Assembly: GCA_027886825.1 (NCBI GenBank)
Contig: JAPCJS010000002.1
Span: 355 to 64,354, forward strand
Source of the DNA: Nitrososphaerota archaeon
GTDB lineage: Archaea; Thermoproteota; Nitrososphaeria; Nitrososphaerales; Gagatemarchaeaceae
Direction of reading: 5' to 3'
DNA: 64,000 nt
Below the pieces are notes generated by a model. It was not told the DNA's origin. It ran no database searches and saw only the letters and a list, made by a program, of their open reading frames with translations. This document shows positions 53,924 to 62,118 of this stretch, one piece after another. The translations under genes and the position numbers were made by a program. Position 1 is the first letter of the stretch. Each line of letters starts with the position of its first letter.

Positions 53924-55480
53924 CTAGTCCGGCTGTTTCACGACGACCGGCTGTTCATCCTGCGGGGTCCAGGCCTTCTTGGACTTTGCGACCCAGGAGA
54001 ACCTCCTCTGGAGGGAGGTGGTGTAGAGCTTGTTCCAGTCCAGGCCCGCGTAGTCGCACCATGACTTGTAGACCCGGGGGTCGATGTAGTTCTTGAGAGA
54101 GGTGTTGAGGTTGTAGTCCTTGGTCTTCTTGGTGAACTCCACATCCAGCGACATCTTCCTGGCCATGCCCTCCTTCCCCTTTGCTCTGTACTCGGCAAGC
54201 TTCTCCTCCTTCTTCTTCAGGGTCTGCTCCCATGTCTTGGGCGGGGTCCGCTTGTGGTTGCAGAAGATCGCGGCTGAGAGGTTGGCCTCCTTCGCAAAGT
54301 AGCGCTTCTCCAGCTCGTCAGCGTCGCGAACGTCTTTACTACTGAGGCTCTTCTTTGTCTCGAGGGTCGCGTGGTACGTCCTGAAGACCTTCGCCGTCAG
54401 GCCTGGGATGATCTCGGAGAGGAATCGGTTGACCATGCTAGAGGTGACCACATCGAAGATCTCGTCGCTCGGCTTCTTCTTGGCCGTGAAGCGGCGCAGG
54501 TTCTGGACCAGGATCGGCTCGGGGTTGGAGAGAGTCTTGACCCATCTTACACTGTCCTTTCCGAGGAAATCGAACTCTATCCTCGCGTCATCAATCTTGA
54601 CGTGCTCCACCCTCAGCGTGGTTGCGCCGACGGTGTCGGCCTCGTCCTCGTCCTTCTCGTCGCCCACCCTCATTCCCAGCTTGTCGATGAGGTAGCTGAC
54701 CGTGGCGATCTTCCTCTTCTTTTCGTCTCTCGAGGCCATGGCCTCCAGGGTCTTCCGGCGCAGCTTGCCGAGTTGCCCCTCTATCCGAAGGGCCTTGTCG
54801 TACTTGTCCTTGCTCCTCGACTGCTGGATCTCGGAGCTCTCGTGGGGCCAGACGTACTTCTCCCTCCCGGTGAGCGCGTCTATCCACTTGGCGATCCAGA
54901 TCGACTCATGGTCGTGCACGATGGCGCCCCAGGCGCCAGGGGGGACCGGGGAGGACTCATCCAGATTGAGGGTGACGTGCCTCTGCTCCACCCTTGGCTT
55001 CCAGCTGCCCCGGAGCGGGTGCGCTCCCCGTCCCATGAACAGGCCAGGGGGTTCGACCAGCCAGTTGGCTATCTCGATCTCGTTCTCGTCTATCGCCGCC
55101 TTTCCGTACTTCTCCTTCAGCTTCTCCCGGAGCTCCTTCCGGGAGACGGCCTGGCCCTTCTTCTCCTCCTTGCCCATCGCCTCCTTGGTGTGCTTCTCGG
55201 CATCGGCGAGCCTGTAGAACTGGGAAAAGTCGATCTCAGAGAAACTTGCGCCCCTGAACGCCTCAGGGAGCTCCCTGCTGAAGTGCTTCATGAAGTTCGC
55301 GACGAAGACAGGGTCCTGCACGTAGGGGGTGTCCTTCTTCTTGGCGAAGTTGTAGGCCATCTCCTCTGCCATGGGAGACAGACTCACAGGCTCGCCCCTG
55401 ATCGCCACCGTCAGACCCTTCGGTATGTAGGGGTCGGGAAACGCAACCCCGTTGTGTCGCAGGATCTTCCAGACTGGCAT
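53924..55480 (-). CDS. eukaryotic-type DNA topoisomerase IB
   Basis: GNEK-like VGDEKDEDEADTVGATTLRVEHV, AKVFRTYHAT, AIFCNHKR, and the active-site TSLKNYIDPRVY. All match canonical Topo IB blocks. Confidence 0.9.
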   Translation of the reverse strand: MPVWKILRHNGVAFPDPYIPKGLTVAIRGEPVSLSPMAEEMAYNFAKKKDTPYVQDPVFVANFMKHFSRELPEAFRGASFSEIDFSQFYRLADAEKHTKEAMGKEEKKGQAVSRKELREKLKEKYGKAAIDENEIEIANWLVEPPGLFMGRGAHPLRGSWKPRVEQRHVTLNLDESSPVPPGAWGAIVHDHESIWIAKWIDALTGREKYVWPHESSEIQQSRSKDKYDKALRIEGQLGKLRRKTLEAMASRDEKKRKIATVSYLIDKLGMRVGDEKDEDEADTVGATTLRVEHVKIDDARIEFDFLGKDSVRWVKTLSNPEPILVQNLRRFTAKKKPSDEIFDVVTSSMVNRFLSEIIPGLTAKVFRTYHATLETKKSLSSKDVRDADELEKRYFAKEANLSAAIFCNHKRTPPKTWEQTLKKKEEKLAEYRAKGKEGMARKMSLDVEFTKKTKDYNLNTSLKNYIDPRVYKSWCDYAGLDWNKLYTTSLQRRFSWVAKSKKAWTPQDEQPVVVKQPD

Positions 55481-55565
55481 CTCGCCCGAGTTGAAGTGGG
55501 ATGTTTAAAAATGAAACCATCCTAGGGCCTACTTTGGAGTTCCGGCAGCGAACAGTTGACGAGCT

Positions 55566-56774
55566 TTGGCCTACCAGATAATCATACAGGTCTTGATCGT
55601 CCTCGCCGCCGCGATCCTGACGGGGGAGGTCTTTGAGCAGTTCAGGCTCCCGTCTGTGGCGGGCGAGCTGCTGAGTGGGATAGTCCTCGGCCCCACGGTC
55701 TTCAACCTCATCTCGACGAACGACCAGATACAGGCGATCTCCTCGATCGCGCTCTTCTTCGTGATCTTTCTCATCGGGTTCGAGATGAACACTGACATCC
55801 TGAAGAAGCACATCCGGCACGGGCTGGTCCTCTCACTGAGCTCATTCATACTGCCGATGCTCCTGGTCTTCGGTATCGCCCTGTTCATCTTTCCGTTCGG
55901 CCCTATCCCTGATCTCGTCACAGCGCTTGCGATCGCCGTGCCGTCCATCTCGATAATCTCCGTATTGGTCATGCAGTACAAGCTGCTCGAGAAGGAGTCC
56001 GGCATGATAATCCTCTCGTCGGTCGCGATCGCCGACATCATCGCGTTCATGATCCTGGTCGCTGTCTCTACTCCTGTCCTCAACACCATAACCGTGATAG
56101 CCTACACGGCGATCTTTGTGGCCGCGTTCATAGCGATAGACCTGCTCCTGAACCTCCAACCGAAGGCGTTCAGGCAGGTGCTCGGAAAGGCGGGGACACT
56201 CGTCAGGAGGGAGGATATGTCGTACGCCGTGCTGATACTGGTCGGCCTCCTAATCGCGGCCATCTTCCAGGCGATCGGGCTCAGCTACATCATCGGGGCG
56301 TTCTTCGCTGGGCTGATAATGCGCGAGGGCCTGCTGGGAAGGAAGGCTTTCCAGGAGGTCTCGGCCACCTTCACGAGGATGAACAGGGCGTTCTTCATCC
56401 CTCTCTTCTTCGGGGCGGCCGGTCTGCAGGCGGACCTCTCCGCGTCAGGTTACTACCTGCTACCGGACCTCGGCGTCGTCATCGCTTCGACCCTTCTCAT
56501 CTCGGTCGCGATAACATACTACGCCGGCAGGTCCATCCTGAGGCTGAAGGACCAGGACGCCAAGCAGGTCGCCGTGATCCTCGGAGGCAGGGGCGCGGTG
56601 GGCATAGTGATAGCATCCGTTGCGCTCACAAGCGGGGTCATCACAGACCTAACCTATTCTCTCATAGTGGTGGCTACGCTCGTGATCTCCCTGGCGGTCC
56701 CGGTGCTCCTGGGACGGAAGGCTGTCGTCAAGCGGCTGACGCGTCCGAACGAACCGGCCTGGCACAGTGAATGA
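55566..56774 (+). CDS. cation:proton antiporter (CPA2 type), second copy
   Basis: LPSVAGELLSGIVLGPTVF N-terminal motif and about 12 TM helices. Paralog of 36444-37658. TTG start. Confidence 0.85.
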   Translation: MAYQIIIQVLIVLAAAILTGEVFEQFRLPSVAGELLSGIVLGPTVFNLISTNDQIQAISSIALFFVIFLIGFEMNTDILKKHIRHGLVLSLSSFILPMLLVFGIALFIFPFGPIPDLVTALAIAVPSISIISVLVMQYKLLEKESGMIILSSVAIADIIAFMILVAVSTPVLNTITVIAYTAIFVAAFIAIDLLLNLQPKAFRQVLGKAGTLVRREDMSYAVLILVGLLIAAIFQAIGLSYIIGAFFAGLIMREGLLGRKAFQEVSATFTRMNRAFFIPLFFGAAGLQADLSASGYYLLPDLGVVIASTLLISVAITYYAGRSILRLKDQDAKQVAVILGGRGAVGIVIASVALTSGVITDLTYSLIVVATLVISLAVPVLLGRKAVVKRLTRPNEPAWHSE

Positions 56775-56828
56775 GCTTACTCCATCCACGAATGTAGTAA
56801 AATACCCTTGTCGTCAAACGTGCGTGGC

Positions 56829-56942
56829 GGGCCCGTAGCTTAGTTCCCGGATGGGAGAGAAATCAGGTAGAGCATCGGGCTTTTAACCCGAGGGTCAGGA
56901 CGACCGAAACCCCCTAAACGGGTTCGATTCCCGTCGGGCCCG
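56829..56942 (+). tRNA. tRNA-Lys (anticodon UUU) carrying two non-canonical insertions (putative introns)
   Basis: Removing 56846-56865 and 56897-56917 leaves a 73-nt cloverleaf. Acceptor GGGCCCG/CGGGCCC; D-arm GCTT-AGTTGGTA-GAGC; anticodon arm TCGGG-CTTTTAA-CCCGA; variable loop GGGTC; T-arm ACGGG-TTCGATT-CCCGT; discriminator G. Confidence 0.75.
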
Positions 56943-56952
56943 CTCCAAATCC
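56923..56952. repeat. direct repeat copy 1 (tRNA-Lys T-loop to 10 nt past the 3-prime end), att-like
   Basis: ttcgattcccgtcgggcccgctccaaatcc is identical to 57915-57944. Confidence 0.9.
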
Positions 56953-57914
56953 AGTTTCATTAGTTCGTAGAGAGCAAATTGAGCTGTTTCGGCACGAAGG
57001 ATACCGCAGACCTTGTGAAACGGATAATACGCAGCTCATGGGCTCGCGAATTGAGTAAAGTGCCAGACTATTCCCTGAGGGTAAGCGAATCTGAGGTAAG
57101 GCGGTATCTCTTCATGGCTGAACAGGCTCAGAAGCTTGAAGGAGACCTATGGGCCCTTGCAGGGATTGCTCCCGGGGCGGTAATCGCCGACGTAGGGTGC
57201 GGTCCGGCTGCCGTAGCGGTGGTGATGAGCCGAATCGTCGGGCCGAAGGGAAGAGTGATTGGAGTCGACAGAGACGAGAGTGCACTCGCGGCGGCCCGTC
57301 AGGTGACGAAGGAAGCAGGAGCGGCAAACCTCCAGCTACGACTGGGGACGGCAACTTCGACCGGGTTGGAGCCCTCGAGCCTCGACGTCGCGGTGTTGCG
57401 CCACGTTCTTGCTCATAATGGGGGTAAAGAACAGGAGATCGTCAGACACATGGCATCCCTCGTTCGGCCAAAGGGCGCCGTCTACTTAGTGGACATCGAC
57501 CTTACTGCTGCACGGACGCTCGATGATGACCCAGAACTCTTGGACCTTGGGGAAAGGTACAACGACTTTCACCGAGGATTGGGAAATGACACCTCGGTTG
57601 GTCTCCGATTGGGTAAGTTGGTTGTTGGAGCGGGACTTGAGTTGGATCGACACGTCGGTGTCTATCAGATTGTAAGTTTGGTGCCAGGTATTCGACCTCC
57701 CGCTTGGGCTGCTAGGGAAGCAATGCTGGCCGCAGGAGGCATTACGCCTCAAGACGTCTCAAGGTGGCAAGCAGCTTTCGAGCGCTTGGACAAACGAGCC
57801 CTGCGCCCAACCTTGTTCATCCCCCTCTTTATCGCAATCGGACGGCGTAGGACCGAGCAGAGCATCTGACATGCGTCCGGTTGTTTCGATACCAATTCCG
57901 GCTGCGTTTTTCGC
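56953..57914. mobile_element. putative integrated-element remnant bounded by 30-bp tRNA-derived direct repeats
   Basis: A 962-bp segment between the perfect repeats carries only one methyltransferase gene. No integrase is visible. Codon third positions look more A/T-rich than in flanking core genes. Confidence 0.4.
56979..57869 (+). CDS. class I SAM-dependent methyltransferase (cargo between the direct repeats)
   Basis: Motif I is VIADVGCGPAAVAVV, followed by the acidic VIGVDRDE. TTG start, or a later ATG. Confidence 0.8.
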   Translation: MSCFGTKDTADLVKRIIRSSWARELSKVPDYSLRVSESEVRRYLFMAEQAQKLEGDLWALAGIAPGAVIADVGCGPAAVAVVMSRIVGPKGRVIGVDRDESALAAARQVTKEAGAANLQLRLGTATSTGLEPSSLDVAVLRHVLAHNGGKEQEIVRHMASLVRPKGAVYLVDIDLTAARTLDDDPELLDLGERYNDFHRGLGNDTSVGLRLGKLVVGAGLELDRHVGVYQIVSLVPGIRPPAWAAREAMLAAGGITPQDVSRWQAAFERLDKRALRPTLFIPLFIAIGRRRTEQSI

Positions 57915-57944
57915 TTCGATTCCCGTCGGGCCCGCTCCAAATCC
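57915..57944. repeat. direct repeat copy 2, att-like
   Basis: Perfect 30-bp copy of the tRNA-Lys 3-prime end, with no 5-prime tRNA half upstream. Confidence 0.9.
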
Positions 57945-58176
57945 GGTTCGATACCCAGATTCCTTCTTCGAACTGGGTTCCATTGTAGCAAGGAGTAACT
58001 GACATAGGGGATAAAGGGACCACTGAACTCCTGCGCGTAAGCCGCACAAATTGTTAGCGCAGGTCTTGAGCGGCGAGGACGTGGCATAGTCTGCCCTCTC
58101 GATCGAGAGACCTTACCCCACCCATCAGCATGACCTACGAGAGCAATAATAAGCGCTCATTCCATATCAGATCTCT

Positions 58177-59145
58177 TTGCGAATACTGACGCATGACGAA
58201 CTCCCTGCAGAATGGGAGGACCGAGTCCAGCTCATGGACGCCTCAACCAACTGGATGCCCGTCGCCTTCAAGAGGCTGAGGGAAGTGATTAGACTTGGTT
58301 ATCCCGCAGCCGACTATTGGGCAGTCTACGCTGTCGAGAATGACCAGGTACTCTCCGGCGTTCGCGTGGTACGCATCCCATACACGATGAGGAACGGCAG
58401 AACAGAGATCGTGTCAGGGATTCAAGGTGTTGTAACTAGGAGGGAATTCTCCCGAAGGGGGCTCGCAAGGACGCTCTTGGCTGAAGTGCACCGGAGAGAA
58501 GCAGAGGCCGGGAGCAGGCTCTCGATTCTTGTGACCGATTTCAGCTACATCGCGCACAACCTCTACCTATCGATGGGATACGTCGACGTACACTCCGGCA
58601 GGCTCGCCATGAAGAGGCTTGATTCAAGCGGGGAAAAGAACAAGCGGCCTGGTGATTTCAGGGTCGTTCCCGCCAAGGCGAATGATGCAGAGACGATAGA
58701 GAGAATTCACTCCGAAGCGACGAAGGGGCGCGTAGGGTTCACGCCCCGGCCGAAAGGTTACCTGAGGGCGTTGCTCAAGCTGGGTCAGGTCGAGCACAAC
58801 TCATTCCGTTTGATTCTCAGTGAGGGCAAGCCTGTGGCCTATTTTCATTTCAGAAAGGGGAGCGGTTGGTTCAACCCCAATGAAGTGGTGATGAAGCCGG
58901 GGATAGATCCTGCAACTGTCCTTGCGGTCCTTGAACGCGAGGCTTCGAACGGCTGGCTGGTCCTTTACGGAACATTTGTGAACGACACTATGGCATTGCT
59001 GAAGAAGCGCAACTATCTCTTCACGGACCACTCGTACTCGGGAGTCCTCGCCAAGCCACTTGGGGACGAGAGGCGTCGAGATGTCAGGAAAGAGATGGGC
59101 ATCGATGATGACTCGTTTACGTGTCAGTTTCTTGACTACTTCTAA
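58177..59145 (+). CDS. GNAT-family N-acetyltransferase, diverged paralog of 8524-9489
   Basis: Colinear with the 8.5-kb copy from MRI..HDELP to the C-terminal F.CQ.LD.F. Acetyl-CoA motif RREFSRRGLARTLL. TTG start. Confidence 0.8.
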   Translation: MRILTHDELPAEWEDRVQLMDASTNWMPVAFKRLREVIRLGYPAADYWAVYAVENDQVLSGVRVVRIPYTMRNGRTEIVSGIQGVVTRREFSRRGLARTLLAEVHRREAEAGSRLSILVTDFSYIAHNLYLSMGYVDVHSGRLAMKRLDSSGEKNKRPGDFRVVPAKANDAETIERIHSEATKGRVGFTPRPKGYLRALLKLGQVEHNSFRLILSEGKPVAYFHFRKGSGWFNPNEVVMKPGIDPATVLAVLEREASNGWLVLYGTFVNDTMALLKKRNYLFTDHSYSGVLAKPLGDERRRDVRKEMGIDDDSFTCQFLDYF

Positions 59146-59195
59146 GCCATTGGAGGAAATGCGCCTCCGCGAGAGCAATCGGATGAAGTGGGTCG

Positions 59196-59918
59196 TTAAG
59201 AGCGGGGCGCAGTTCTCCGGTTGTCGCCGGATGTCTCTCGACTACCAGTAACCTCTTCCTTCGGACTTCTAAAGAACATCGCGTTGACGATGATCGTCCC
59301 TATCAGTGGGATCCACCACAGGGCGAACCGGAGGGGGACCTGGTCGAAGGACCAGTCCCAGGCCTGCGGCAGGGCGGTGAACAGGAACAGTGCGGCAAAG
59401 AATGCGTTCGCTTTCGCCGCGAACCTCGCCTTGCGCAGGTACCCTCGCGGGATGAGGTGCTTCTCTTCGATTGACAAGTTGTAGCTGAAGAAGGCGAGTA
59501 TCCCCGTGACCCCGGTCAGGACAAGCCCGTAGAGCTGCGAAGAATAGGCGCCCAGCGGAGTGTCGGCGGGGATCGGGAGCGGCGGGCTCACGAATTTCAC
59601 CCCGTTGATCAGGTAGGACATCAGGATTATCAGAAGGAGCAGGAAAGCGTTCGCTAAGACCATCCTGCCCGTCTCCACGGGCATCCTGGACATGACCATC
59701 GTGTACTGGAGCCAGACCGCGATGAGGACGACGAAGTTGAAGATGAAGGCGATCAGGCGCGGGGTGAGCTCGTCCGGCGTCGTGGGGGGCTGGGCGATCA
59801 GGGCCAGCGCGCCGACAGACAGTGCGAGCCCGAACATCAGGTCGGAGAGCGACTCGATGCGTCTTCTAGAGATAGGACCCGACCTTTCCTCGGCCCGACC
59901 CTCGTCATCAACCGGCAT
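59196..59918 (-). CDS. TMEM175/DUF1211-family membrane protein (putative K+ channel)
   Basis: RRIESLSDLMFGLALSVGAL resembles the RxExFSDGVFAIAITL helix-1 signature. About six TM helices. Confidence 0.6.
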   Translation of the reverse strand: MPVDDEGRAEERSGPISRRRIESLSDLMFGLALSVGALALIAQPPTTPDELTPRLIAFIFNFVVLIAVWLQYTMVMSRMPVETGRMVLANAFLLLLIILMSYLINGVKFVSPPLPIPADTPLGAYSSQLYGLVLTGVTGILAFFSYNLSIEEKHLIPRGYLRKARFAAKANAFFAALFLFTALPQAWDWSFDQVPLRFALWWIPLIGTIIVNAMFFRSPKEEVTGSRETSGDNRRTAPRS

Positions 59919-60494
59919 GCGTGCGGAAGCGGTCCGGCCGGTAGATTAGTTTATGTCGCCGGGTTGGAGCTGATGCAGGACCCTCAGCGAGCCGGGGTTG
60001 CTCGATTCCTCCACTCTTGATAATCAGGGACCCCAGTTTCCTTGATCCCGTGCTAGTGTGGTCAATGATGAGACGGAGCCAGGGTGGACTTGTGACTCGG
60101 GTCCCGGTATCGGCTGGATGCGGACCTCTTCGCCGTTCTCGAAGAGTGCACAGCCGCATCCTGCAGCGTGGCCGCCGCGCTACCGCCGATGGTTCCGGCG
60201 GATCGGCTTCATATTTTCTTCGGCGAGTAGGTTCTCCTTCGAAGGATGAAAATCACCAGGACCGTCGCCACGATGAGCAGACCAAGGCCGGCCAGCAACT
60301 CGGGCACCGGCGCAAGAGGACAGGGCGTGACCGTTATTGTGTTCGTCACGTCGAAGACCACCAGCTGAGCCACGTGGCGCCAAGGTCTTACATTTCGCGG
60401 ATGCGCTCCCCTTCGACTGTATCGGTATCGAGGGTCGTTCGGAGCCCGGGTTCACCGGTCGACCTAAATATTCGCGCAGCCCAGTCACTGCGTA

Positions 60495-62018
60495 ATGAGC
60501 AGGCGGCCCACGTTGATCGGACTCGTACTATGTCTCCTGCTCAGTCTCAGTCCGTTCACGGCCCACGCATACTCCAACGGCCAGACCGCCTCCATCGCGC
60601 TGGGACAGCCGAACTTGACGGGCGACTACTCCGCCACGAGCCAAACCGGGTTGACCTCGAACGGGTATGCTGACCCACAGTACAGTGGGGTCGCAGTCGA
60701 CACATCAGGGGACATCTGGGTCGCCGATTCCGGCAACAACAGGGTCCTCGAGTTCGCCTCCCCGTGGTCGAACGGAGAAAAGGCCTCCCTCGTGCTCGGC
60801 CAGCCGGACTTCAAGAGCAGTTCCGCTGCTACGACCGCGTCCGGCATGAATGACCCGCGGGGCGTCTTTGTCGACAAGGGTGGTAACGTTTGGGTCGCGG
60901 ACTCTGGCAACAACAGGGTCCTGGAGTTTCTGTGGGCGAGAATCCTGCCTTTACCGGGACCTTTAGTGAAAAGCATCGTCGCCATTGGTTTCACAAACGG
61001 TCAGGCCGCTTCGCTCCTGGTCGGCCAGCAGGACTTCAAGAGCAGTTCCGCTGCTACGACCCAGACCGGTCTGAACTTCCCCACGGGCGTGGCGATCGGT
61101 CCGGCGGGTAACCTCTGGGTGGCCGACAACAAGAACAACAGGGTCCTCCAGTTTACACACCCGTTCTCGAACGGAGAAAAGGCCTCACTGGCGCTCGGCC
61201 AGGACGGCTACAAGAGCAGCGCAGAAAGCACGGACCAGTATGGTCTCTGGCATCCGTATGGAATCGCAGTCGACTCCCATGGCAACGTCTGGGTCGCCGA
61301 CTCCGGCAACAGCAGGGTAGTCGAGTTCGATTCAAACCACGTTCAGAACCAGGTGGAAAACATCGTGCTCGGCCAGCCCAGTTTCTCATACGATAGCCCT
61401 GTCACATCAAAGACCGGCATGTCCAGTCCGCTCGGCGTGACGGTCGACGCGCACGGCAACGTCTGGGTAGCGGACTCTGGCAACAACAGGGTCCTGGAGT
61501 TCCTGAAGGGAAAGGGCTTCACCGACGCTCAGGCCGGCTACCTCGTGCTGGGCCAGTCCGGCTTCACGAGCAGCACACTTGCCTATACTGCCTTTGGCCC
61601 AACTGACACGAGCTCCACGGGATTGGGGCACCCAACCGGTGTCGCAGTCGACTCGCGCGGCAACATCTGGGTGGCCGATTCGGACAACGACAGGGTGCTC
61701 CAGTTCCGTTCGGCGACGACCACCAAAGTCAGCTGCGTCCCCGATACCGTTCACACCGGTAATTCCAGCTGCACCTTCACGGTCAGCAACACAGGAAAAG
61801 TGACGGTGAGTCCGTCGGGAACGGTCATGGTAACATCAACGGGACCGGTCAAGGCATCTGGCTCCTGCACCATCTCGTGGAGCGGCTCCTCGGCAAGTTG
61901 CACCCTGTCGATTAACACCGACATTGTTGGGACATACTCGGTTGCGGCGACATACGGGGGAGATGGGAGACACCTGGGGAGCACGGGTACGGCCACAGTC
62001 ACCGTCTCGATAGGCTAG
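60495..62018 (+). CDS. secreted six-bladed NHL-repeat protein with C-terminal Ig-like domain
   Basis: Signal peptide, six copies of G(N/D)(V/I/L)WVADSGNNRVLEF, and a C-terminal beta-rich, Cys-containing region of about 100 aa. Confidence 0.85.
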   Translation: MSRRPTLIGLVLCLLLSLSPFTAHAYSNGQTASIALGQPNLTGDYSATSQTGLTSNGYADPQYSGVAVDTSGDIWVADSGNNRVLEFASPWSNGEKASLVLGQPDFKSSSAATTASGMNDPRGVFVDKGGNVWVADSGNNRVLEFLWARILPLPGPLVKSIVAIGFTNGQAASLLVGQQDFKSSSAATTQTGLNFPTGVAIGPAGNLWVADNKNNRVLQFTHPFSNGEKASLALGQDGYKSSAESTDQYGLWHPYGIAVDSHGNVWVADSGNSRVVEFDSNHVQNQVENIVLGQPSFSYDSPVTSKTGMSSPLGVTVDAHGNVWVADSGNNRVLEFLKGKGFTDAQAGYLVLGQSGFTSSTLAYTAFGPTDTSSTGLGHPTGVAVDSRGNIWVADSDNDRVLQFRSATTTKVSCVPDTVHTGNSSCTFTVSNTGKVTVSPSGTVMVTSTGPVKASGSCTISWSGSSASCTLSINTDIVGTYSVAATYGGDGRHLGSTGTATVTVSIG

Positions 62019-62118
62019 GTCAGCTTCGAACTTCGATAAGACGCTCCCCGGGGTCACAGCGGTAGAGCGTTTTTTCAGAAGTCTTAAATCGAGAATCTCC
62101 CAGTCAAGAGCGAAGAAC

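Noticed and set aside
57945-57990. GGTTCGATACC T-loop-like string and ACCCAG/CTGGGT hairpin just after the second direct repeat, considered as a second tRNA fragment or another att site.
   Set aside because: No flanking T-stem, acceptor or anticodon arm can be paired, and no further copy of the motif was seen in the window.
60017-60673. 218-aa plus-strand ORF spanning the TMEM175/NHL intergenic region into the NHL gene.
   Set aside because: It is an Arg/Ser-rich translation, out of frame with the clearly repeat-structured NHL gene, and has no motifs.
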